Source: Octopus vulgaris | Lineage: Eukaryota | Assembly (NCBI GenBank): GCA_951406725.2 | Contig: OX597819.1 | Location: 37,882,001-37,946,000 of the forward strand | Reading direction: 5' to 3' | DNA: 64,000 nucleotides | Shown here: piece after piece, positions 53,595 through 64,000 of the stretch | Layout: each line of letters begins with the position of its first letter | How positions within the stretch are numbered: position 1 is the stretch's first letter | Position numbers and translations under genes: made by a program | Notes under the pieces: model-generated | What the model saw: the letters and a program-made list of their open reading frames with translations, nothing else | Told to the model about the DNA's origin: nothing | Database searches by the model: none

Positions 53595-54405
53595 GTAAGT
53601 ACTGGTATGTTTTACATTACATACAGAAAAAAACATTCGATTTTTCTTGAATTTAAACAGATAGGTGTAGGCATGGTTACATGGTTTAAAATGTTAGCTT
53701 TGCAACCTATGGTTTCAGGTACAGTATCACTGCATGACAGTACCATATCAGTGCACACTTCTCTCTAACACTGTGCTCTATAACCTTCATTCACTTGTGA
53801 TACACTTACATTCTTTTCACAGTTCAGTGGCACACCTGAGCTAAAATTATAATTTAAAGTATAGGGAAAAAAAATTATATTCAGGTTACACTGTGGCACA
53901 CCAGTTGCAGAACACTACTCTAGCACGCTACATCGGATTCCTCTTATACCTAATTTTCTCTCAACACATTGGCACTCTCTCATTCATGCATATTGATGTT
54001 GCACATTCAGCAGAACATGCTATCTTCACTTCAATCTAGTCTTTGCATGTCCTCTGCATTCAGGTAATACTACATTACCATGTAATATAGCATTTCTGTT
54101 CATACACAATTTCATTTGATTTGTCTCTCTGATACAGAAACCTTTCATTATCAACAGAATTAATAGCTCTCTAAACTTTCCCCAGCCTTTTCTTACTTTG
54201 TGCTTTCAGAGCAACCCCACCGCAGCTAATTAGATATTCTACGTCAGGCGTTCTCAACCAGTTTTTATCTATGGACCGTTTTGATTACTATTTTATTCCA
54301 GTGGACTCCCATAACAATTTGATGTTTAAAAACCAGTTTTAGAGAAACTTCTTTCAAAATTTTTCTTTTGTTTTGGTTGGACTATTTAAAAGTTTCTTTC
54401 TCTAG

Positions 54406-54817
54406 AATAGATTTTCTCAAAAGCCCAAGAGGTATCCCTAGAAACAGTAGACAGCTTCTATTACCTAGATTGGTGGTTCTCAACTGGGGTCCATATAAGA
54501 TTGTTGAGGGTCATGCAAAAAAATAGTAAATTGGGGATCCACAATAGTGCTTTAAGAGCCCTAGAAAAAATTTTGCTTTAGATTTATGCAATGGTATGTA
54601 TTGCAAGAAACGTTTCTTGCAATACATACCATTACATATATCTAAAGCAAAATATTTTTTGGGGCTCTTAAAGCTCTATTGTGGATCCCCAATTTACTAT
54701 TTTTTTGCATGGACCCCCAAAATCTTATATGGACCCCTGTTGAGAACCACCGATCTAGGTAATAGAAGCTGTCTACTGTTTCTAGGGATACCTCTTGGGC
54801 TTTTGAGAAAATCTATT
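54406..54817. repeat. Spacerless palindrome with arms of about 205 bp
   Basis: Centre aagaaac|gtttctt at 54611/54612. Arms are reverse-complementary with scattered mismatches. Confidence 0.92.
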
Positions 54818-55714
54818 TTCTGTGTAGTCTTAGTGTTTACTGCACCTATGCATGTGTCATATATGTGTGAGTGTATGCATATCATTATTCAGTTTTATTT
54901 CAAGATTTGCTGCCAATAGAGAAAGAGCCAGTTTCTAACCTAGATCCAAAGTTCCTTCACTGGAATTTCAACAACACCAACAAGGTATTTTTTGCATGTA
55001 TGTGTGTGTATGTGCAGTATTTGGAGTCAGTGCATGTGCAGATTTATATGTTTTGTTTTATGTATGTATTCTCACACATATAATTGTATGTCTAGACATG
55101 CACATGTAAACTTAAATGATAAACTTCTGGAAAGTTTTACTAATTTTTACTGTTCCAGTGATGGCTTGGATCTGTAGTCTTTGAATTAGTTTTCTCCTTT
55201 CTGGTTTTAAGAAGCTTAATTTCTCAAGATTGGCGTTTATGCAGTGTGTGACATGCATGTATGCATATATGTGTGTGTGTATACGTGTGCATATGCATGT
55301 GTATGTGTTTGTGCATGCGTGCATGTGAGTGTGCATAAGTGTGTGTGTTGGGGGGTGTACACATGATTGTATATGTGTCTGTGTCTCCTTTGACATCACT
55401 CACTAATTGTAAATGGTGCTAAAGCAGGCAGCTGAACCATATAGGGTGACTGAATAAGTACTTGTTAGATTCTCTCCTGATTGTGTTGCAGAACATATCA
55501 AAGGAATTACTTTTTCAATAGCATCTTGTGTTATTTTCTTCTATAGATGCAGGCATGGCTGTGTGGTTAAGAAGCTCACTTTGCAAACCATGTGGTTTTG
55601 GGTTCAGTCTCACTATGCAGCACTTTGGGCCAGTCTCTTCAACTGTAGCTTCAGGCCAACTAATGCCTTGTGAGGGACTGGTGTAGATAAAAACTAAACA
55701 TGATTGTAACTATG

Positions 55715-55725
55715 TTTGTATGTAC

Positions 55726-55756
<31 letters not shown>

Positions 55757-55798
55757 TGTATGTATGTATGTATGTATGTATGTATGTATGTATGTATG

Positions 55799-55832
<34 letters not shown>

Positions 55833-56020
55833 TGTATGTATGTATGCATGCATGTATGTATGTATGCATGCATGCATGCATACATACATATATATATCTT
55901 GAAATAAAACTGAATAATGGTTGGCATGTATGCATGCATACATACATACATACATACATACATGCATGTATGCATGCATACATACATACATACATACATA
56001 CATGCATGCATGCATGCATG
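55715..56020. repeat. (TATG)n/(CATG)n/(CATA)n microsatellite complex
   Basis: Direct inspection. Confidence 0.9.
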
Positions 56021-58269
56021 CCAACCATTATTCAGTTTTATTTCAAGATATTTCTTGCCAATAGAGAAAGAGCTGGTTTCTAACCTAGATCCAAGGCTCC
56101 TTCATTGGAATTTCAACATCAACACAGTACTTTTGTATGTATGTATATGTGCAAATTTGTTGGTTTTGTTTAATATATATCTCTTCTCATGCATATACTT
56201 GCATATCTAGACATGCTCATATATATACTTAAAAGATAAACTTCTGGAAAGTTTTTCAGATTTTTACAGCTCCAGTGATGTCTTGAATCTGTTGTCTTCA
56301 AATCAGCTTATGCAAAATGTGTAGCTATTGCATAAGAAATTTTGAAAGTAGGCTTGAAGCCAAAAAAATAAGAGTATACATCATACTTATTGTAAATGGC
56401 TGCCTATCAGTCTTCTACTAGGATATCCCAAAATGCATCTGAATTGGAAGTAGCAATATATAGCATTCACCATCACTTTAATGAATTACTCTTTCTGGTG
56501 CAACATTCACTGGCATTTTAATGATTCAAGTTTCACAGGATCCTTGCTGAGCCTAACTTCTCATTGTCACTGCATGGAATTAAAATGAGAGGATAAAACA
56601 AGAATAATTCCTTTATTCTTGTGTTTAATATTCATCTTTCTACAACCACGTAGATTACACAGTGGTGTTCTTATGAGGTTGGGTTTTATGGCCAAGATGG
56701 TCAGTTTCCTTGAGATTGCATATTAACGAGATATCTGGTCCAAATGAAAACTCTCATGTGAAATTGTTCAACTCACATACACATGTCTATTTTTCTCGGT
56801 CCTATTAAATATTGATCACTAATTCTATCATTTTATTTGGCATTGAAGAATTTCTCACTGTGGCATTAAACAGATTAATTCTTAGTGCAAAGAAGTTGTC
56901 CAAATTTTTGATACCCACAAATGCATTTTTATATGGTGGCACGTAAAAAGTGCCCACTACACTCTCGGAGTGGTTGGTGTTAGGAAGGGCATACAACTGT
57001 GGAAACTCTGCCAGATCAAGATTGGAGCCTGGTGCAGCCATCTGGTTTGCCAGCCCTCAGTCAAAATCGTCCAACCCATGGAAAGTGGACGTTAAACGAT
57101 GGTGATGGATTTTTTTATGTGAAATTGAAATACATCTCTTTACCTTGCTCATAAAAGTAGTGGCAATGGTGGTAATGGTGGTGGTGGTGGTGGAGATGAT
57201 GGTGTTGTTGTTGTTGGTAGTGGTGGTGGTTGCGATATTGGTGATGGTATTGGTGGTGCAGTTTTGATTTTATCATCTGACTCATCTAGTTCAACAACCA
57301 CAAAAACTATATAAAAGTCTTCTTTGGACAGACACAACTTGCCAGAAAGTTTAACACTCGATATGGGGTTAGGAGCTTGGAACTGATGTTGAGCCATTTA
57401 GTAATTTTCATTGGACAGAAAGCCACCCTGCCAATTACCTCAATTACAATTAATTTAAATGAAATACATGTAATATACATTGATAAAGTGAATATTCCAA
57501 TTCTGTTGACATTTCTGACACCATGTTATAATTAATTGTACATTGTAGTTCACAAATGTTAATCAAACAATACACATACATGCTCTGTTCTGATGATGGG
57601 ACCAATATTGATGCCCTTCACATATTGCGAATGTGTGTGTCTATAATGGTGAGCTGGCAGAAGCATTAGAGTGTTGAAAGGAATGCTTTGCAGTATTTCT
57701 TCTGGCTCATTACATTCTGTGTTCAAATCTCACTGAGTTCAATATTGCTTTTCATCCTTCTGAGGCTGATAAAATGGAGCACTGGTCAAGTACTGGTATC
57801 AAAGGTATTGACTAACTTTCTCCCCTCAGAAGTTGCTGGCTTTCTAAATTAGAAATCATTATAATATCAGATTTTCTGGCATACAAGTTAGACCAAAATT
57901 GTCTGGGCATTATACACAAAGATGACTTAGGAAGACCCCCAAAATTTAATGTGAAACGCAGCAGGATTTTGGAAGATAGTGATGGGGTTTAAATGTTTAC
58001 AATACATGTCTACACTATCTACTATGTAAATTTGTATGCTGGAAAATACAGTCTATATCAAAGGGAATACAACTATTGTTGCAAGCATTTCTTCATTATT
58101 GTAACCCATTCTGCATTGATAAAAGATTTCTAATGTGTCTATCCATTCCATCAAGTTAATGTTTCATGTCCACAGAAAGAATATTGCAGAACATATCAAA
58201 ACTGGTATTATTTATTATTGACCTTTGTAAGAGATCCTTATTATTTTTCAAAGATTATTGTACAGAATT

Positions 58270-58698
58270 TTGTTATATTTCGGAATGGTCATATTGCCAG
58301 TTTAGCCAATAAAAACACACGCACTATATATTTGGTGTTATTTTGCTTCAGTGATATTTATTTTTTACATTAATCTTAATCTTATTTCGGCCAAAGTTCT
58401 TTCGTCACACTCCTGTGACCGCATCAGTGGTCCTTTGTTTTCTTCTCACTTACTTGTGTCTCTCCTTACTAACCGTCAGCCATTGTGGCTGACGGTTAGT
58501 AAGGAGAGACACAAGTAAGTGAGAAGAAAACAAAGGACCACTGATGCGGTCACAGGAGTGTGACGAAAGAACTTTGGCCGAAATAAGATTAAGATTAATG
58601 TAAAAAATAAATATCACTGAAGCAAAATAACACCAAATATATAGTGCGTGTGTTTTTATTGGCTAAACTGGCAATATGACCATTCCGAAATATAACAA
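58270..58698. repeat. Perfect palindrome with 213-bp arms and a 3-nt loop, inside an insertion flanked by a 13-bp TSD
   Basis: Arms 58270-58482 and 58486-58698. TSD tattgtacagaat at 58256-58268 and 58756-58768. Confidence 0.95.
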
Positions 58699-58796
58699 TA
58701 TCTGTTTCAACACACGACTTCACATAAAAAATCTTGCACAACAAATATTTAAACGTATTGTACAGAATGTTATATGCTAAAACATCTATATTACAG

Positions 58797-58878
58797 TTTG
58801 ACACATAGTGCTCAAATCCAAAAGGTTGAAGAAAAATATGAGGAAAGCTTAAATGAAAAGAAAGCATCACTAATTAAT
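58797..58878 (+). CDS. CCDC175-like exon 11: (R)LTHSAQIQKVEEKYEESLNEKKASLIN
   Basis: tattacag acceptor, AAT|GTAAGT donor, phase 2 to 0. Confidence 0.83.
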
Positions 58879-59528
58879 GTAAGTATGTTTTATCATATTT
58901 GATCAATTATTCAGTAATTGCTACTAGATAGACTGTCATCTGCTGTAGATTGACAGCAGTAAATAACCATTGACCAAGAATTAATTGTTCACATTTGTTA
59001 ATGTGATCCAGTAGAAAATATCCCCTGTTGACACTCTCTTACCTGCTGAGAAGAAGATATAAAATGACTTCAAGTTGATTTGTTGGCAACAACCGTACTT
59101 GCAGGTACTCCTCTTAATACAAAATTTATCATTCTACTATCTAGTGGATAGAAATAAATAACGCTTAGCTTACATACTAGCATTGGCTGTAATTGTTGTA
59201 GTATGATTGTCTAGTTTTAACAAAGAACGATTTTAATTCATAATGTTTTTAACTGTTTATGAAGTAGAAAAAGACTTCTAATCAAATTGTTAGTGAGGAC
59301 TAGAAATGTAAGTATTCTGCTTTCTTCATGGATTCATGAACTGAATCAATTCATGAATCTGTTTTAATGCATACAATGCCCCCTTATCTCAGTTTCTGTG
59401 GCAATAACTGGCAGAAAACAGTTGTGCCTTTGCAATTTTTGATAAAGAATCTTTACTACAAATAATGTATTTTTTAAAATTAAATGATTTTTAGTGTGAA
59501 ATATTTATCTTTAGCATAATACTTTCTA

Positions 59529-59744
59529 TGAGACGTGCTGAAAAGTTCCTGACTTTCAGGATATCAGAAAAGGCCTGGTTGGAGGCCCAACCTTCTGAGT
59601 TCTTTTACAGGGCTTAGAAAAACTGAATGACTCCTGCAATGAGTATGTGAATTTGAGAGGGGAATAGGCTGAATAAAATCATAATTAACTGATCTTCTGG
59701 TATTTTCTTTTACCCAAAGTCAGAAACTTTTCAGCATTCCCTCA
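59529..59744. mobile_element. Mariner-derived MITE
   Basis: Inverted termini tgagacgtgctgaaaagttcctgacttt / aaagtcagaaacttttcagcattccctca. Confidence 0.75.
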
Positions 59745-59861
59745 TGGAGATATAAACATATATAAGAAATTATCAGCTCAAGGCATTATTGATGTAAAAG
59801 TTCTAATACTAAGCATATATGTGTATTTTATGTCTCACAATATTATTAAATGTTTCTCAAG

Positions 59862-59934
59862 GTAAAACTGAAAATAAACCAAGAGAGGTACAAAACCAGT
59901 GAACAAAAGAAGAGTATGCATCAACAAAGAAGAG
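59862..59934 (+). CDS. CCDC175-like exon 12: VKLKINQERYKTSEQKKSMHQQRR (gene continues beyond the window)
   Basis: tgtttctcaag acceptor, G|GTATGT donor, phase 0 to 1. Confidence 0.8.
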
Positions 59935-62334
59935 GTATGTCATCAAATGAGTTAATGCTAAACAAGTATTTATTAATGATGTAATCTCATAGTGAATTCA
60001 TCTATATAGCTTAATTGGGAAAAGTCAGAGAGCTGCCTGTATGACTCAAAACAAGTATCATCTCTAATCCAGAACGATATGTTACCAATTATATTTCTAC
60101 ATTCAGACTTTCAGCCATCCAAATTAGGCATCGCTGTGTGGTCAAGATGTTTGCTTCCCAACCACATGGTTTGGGGTTCAGTTCCATTGCATAACGTTTT
60201 GGACAAGTGCCTTCTACTATATTCCTGGGCTGACCAAAGCCTGGTATATTATTATATGACTGAGCACCACACATCTTCTTCAAAGTAAGTTTTATCTACA
60301 CACACATATATATATATATATACATACATATATTTTTTATTCTTTTACTTGTTTCAGTCACTTGACTGTGTCCTTGCTGAGAACACCACCTTTAGTCAAA
60401 CTAATCAAACCCAGGACTTATTCTTTGTAAGTCAAGAACTTATTCTATTGGTCTCTTTTGCCAAACCGCTAGGTTACATGGATGTAAACATACCAACATT
60501 GGTTGTCAAGTGATGGTGGCAGGGACAAACACAAACACACAAACATATACTTACAACAGGTCTTTCAGTTTCTGTCTACCAAATCCACTCACAAGGCTTT
60601 GGTCAGCCTGAGGCTATAGTAGAAGACACTTGCCCAAGTTTCCGTGCAGTGGGACTGAACCTGGGACCATGTTGTTAGGAAGCAAGCTTCTTACTTCACA
60701 GCCATGCCTGTGCCTATATATATATATATATATATATTTCGAAACGCAGAGTAGATGAAACCATGGCGACTGAAGAAGGGGAATTTTCCTTGTATTATTT
60801 ATCCTGTACTCTATTTTTTCATTGTTTAAGAAAAATGTCCAGTTCCTTGGTTCTGTGTTTATGTTTTCGTTTCTCATTGTGTTCAACGTTTTTTTTGGTG
60901 TCCTGTACTCATATATGCATGTATATATACATGTAGAGATAGGTACGTACATATATGTATGTATATAGGCATATGTTTTATTTATTAATTTATATATATA
61001 TATACATATATATATATCATCATCATCATCATTTAATGTCCATTGTTCATGTTGGCATGGGTTGGATGGTTTGACCAGAGCTTGGAAGCTGAAGGGCTGC
61101 ACCAGACTCCAGTCTGATTTGGCATGGTTTCTACAGGTGGATTCCTTTTCTAATGCCAACCACTTCACAGTGTGTGCTGGGTGCTTTTACATGGCACTGT
61201 GCTGGTGCTTTTATGTGGTACCCATAGATGCCTTTATGTAGCACCACACAGGTGCTTTTACATGGCACTGCATGGGCGCTTTTATGTGGCACTGTGTGAG
61301 CATTTTTATCAGCATCATCAATTAACGTCTGTTGTCCACGCTGGCATGGGTTGGACGGTTTGACCAGAGCTGGCATGCTGTGGAGATGCACCATACTTCA
61401 GTCTGATTCAGCATGGTTTCTACAACTGGATGCCTTTCTTAATGCCAACCACTTTATAATTTATTTACGTGGCATCGCATGGGAGCTCGTAAGTATGTGT
61501 GTGTGTCTGTGTGTTTGTATCTGCTTGTCTTAACATTGCATGATTGTTGTAAATGAATGTCATTTATTTCCAATATTCTCTAGAAATATGTCTGATTATG
61601 AGGAAATGTTACCTTGCTTGGAAACAGGTAGAAATTGGAGACATGAAAGGTTTCTGGTTGTAGAAAATCTGCCTCAGTGAACTCTTTCCACCCATACAAG
61701 CATGGAAAAGTAGATGTTAAAATGATGGTGATGGTGATGGTGATGAATATGATGATGATGAGGATGATAGTTAAACAGTTGTTTTGATATAATTGGTATC
61801 ATGTTCGTCTGGGCTACAGAAGATACAAAGTTCAAATCCTACAGGCAGCTTTCCACCTATTTTTTCATTTCAGAAGAGTTTAACTCGCTTTTTTATGAGC
61901 TAGATTTTATGCTTGAATTTTCTTTGAAATACATTGTTAATATCAACTTATTTACACATTTCTTGATATTTCTGTATTTATGCTCTAAATAAGTAAACGT
62001 TGCTTTCTCTTCTCTAGTTATAGTTAACCATATAACTATGTGTCTTTCGTAATGAATTCATAAAAAAATTATTACTCTCAATAATGATATATCTATCACA
62101 AATTCCTTCAATATAAATGTTGTCAATCTATTTATCAAACTAAAAAATATAATTACGGAGATGTACTTGCATACATAGCGAGTGACTTGATCTGAGATCA
62201 TGTGCTGGAACGAAAACAATTGCAGCGTAGAAGGTGTTTATAAGCCATTTAAGAAACATACAACGCTGCAATTGTTTTAAAAAATATAAATTTGAATTAA
62301 AACATCTGATAATCATCATATCATCATCATCATC

Positions 62335-62375
<41 letters not shown>

Positions 62376-62512
62376 TATTTAATGTGTGTTTTCCATGCTG
62401 GCATGGGTTGGACAGTTTGACTGGGGTTGGTAAGGCAGAAGACTGCACCACACTTCACCGTCTGTTTTGGCATGGTTTTCATGGCTGAATGCCCTTCCTA
62501 ACACCAAACAAG

Positions 62513-62552
<40 letters not shown>

Positions 62553-62936
62553 TACACGCACACACACACATGCATATGTATATTGTCATCGTCATCGTTG
62601 TCAATTAATGTCTGTCTTCCATGTTGGCATGGGTTGAATAGTTTGACAAGATCTGGGGAGCTTTGGGACTGCACCAAGCTTCACTGTCTACTTTAGAATG
62701 GTTTTTACAACTGAATACCATTAATACCAACCACTTTACAGAGTGGACTGTGTGCTTTTTATGTAGCATCAGCACCAGCAAGGCCCCCACATAACTTGCA
62801 TGACAAAGATCCCTCAACCGAGAGGAGTAGTGGTGTTAAAGGCGGTGGTTTTGTGTCTGGTGATGAGAGGTTAAACTATGACAGAAGAACAGAAACAGGT
62901 GCCTTGCTATAGAGGAGATGCATATTTATCCCAGTG

Positions 62937-63329
62937 TGGAGGCGCAATGGCCCAGTGGTTAGGGCAGTTGACTCATGGTCATAGGATCGCGGTTTCAATT
63001 CCCAGACCGGGCGTTGTGAGTGTTTATTGAGCAAAAACATCTAAAGCTCCACAAGGCTCCTGCAGGGGATGGTGGTGATCCCTGCTGTACTCTTTCACCA
63101 CAACTTTCTCCCACTCTTACTTCCTGTTTCTGTTGTACCTGTATTTCAAAGGGCCGGCCTTGTCACTCTCTGTGTCACGCTGAATATCCCTGAGAACTAC
63201 GTTAAGGGTACACATGTCTGTGGAGTGCTCAGCCACTTACACGTTAATTTCACGAGCAGGCTGTTCCGTTGATTCAGATCAACCAGAACCCTCGTCGTCG
63301 TAACCGACGGAGTCAAGGAGGGAGAAGGG
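62937..63329 (+). mobile_element. Complete tRNA-derived SINE with 13-bp TSD
   Basis: A box tggcccagtgg, B box ggtttcaattccc. TSD atttatcccagtg at 62924-62936 and 63330-63342. Confidence 0.88.
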
Positions 63330-63340
63330 ATTTATCCCAG

Positions 63341-63372
<32 letters not shown>

Positions 63373-64000
63373 CAAGAGAGATGGTGGCACTGTGCCAGGG
63401 CATACTCTCAAGATATAAGGATGTGAATATAAATGAAGTGATAGGGGCTTGCTCAGAGTGTATGAGTAGGGAGTTGATGAAGGTGGAAAAAAGGTGGAGG
63501 GAATGAAGTGGGTGATGAAACATGAGTATATAATGGAGTGATAGGAAAGCAATAATACAGCTGATAGAGTAAGAACAGGAGAGAGAGAGAGAGAAAGGGA
63601 GAGATGACAGAGCAGTGTTGGGCTGCAGGAGTTGAGTGGGAAACAGAAAAGCATAGTGCATGAAGAAGAGATGTAGTTTGGTTTATTGGGGTAGAGTGTG
63701 TGAAATAATGTTACATATGAGTAACTCAGTTTCAGTGAGGTAGGCAGGTTTTCTCAAGACTCCCAAATCACCAGAAGCCTCAGTTCATTGTGCTCTCCTC
63801 CGTAACGCCTAACATCTTGGGATCAGCTCTCATTACTTTATCCCATGTCTTCCTGGGTCTCCTTCTTTCTGACTCATAAAAGGCATCCATGCCAGTGATA
63901 CATACAAAGCACCCACTACACTCTTGGAGTGGCTGGCATAAGGAAGGGCATCCAACCATAGAAATCAAGCCAAATCAGACGGGAACCTGGTAACAACTCT

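Noticed and set aside
55660-56210. Overlapping ORFs of MYVC/HTYI repeats
   Set aside because: Microsatellite translations. The same applies to the YIYI/HTHT ORFs elsewhere.
60738-60795. GAAAC and CTGAAGA motifs in a TA-flanked element
   Set aside because: Order and pairing do not give a complete hammerhead. At most a truncated relative.
62937-63012. tRNA-like sequence
   Set aside because: It is the head of a multicopy SINE with body and TSD, and shows no convincing cloverleaf

Overview
AT-rich, microsatellite- and transposon-dense animal genomic DNA. The SINE, RTE and (GAT)n-tail repertoire is what I recognise from Octopus, but that assignment is an inference. One + strand protein-coding gene runs through the window as 12 small GT-AG exons (6045..59934, 367 codons, all splice phases compatible, 3' end outside the window). 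It encodes a coiled-coil protein resembling CCDC175. Its introns hold a near-intact RTE LINE with a PHD-type finger inside the RT region, older RTE and CR1 fragments, Tc1/mariner elements, Helitrons, a TTAGGG-containing MITE and several SINE families. The most notable unexplained signal is a set of short elements embedded in (TA)n tracts that carry minimal type I hammerhead-ribozyme-like motifs of the Penelope/retrozyme kind. One motif has a compensatory U3-A8 core pair. Another lies in a perfect 213-bp-arm palindrome with a 13-bp target-site duplication just upstream of an exon. Several other local fold-back and templated duplications are also present. All calls are by eye, and repeat boundaries are approximate unless stated.
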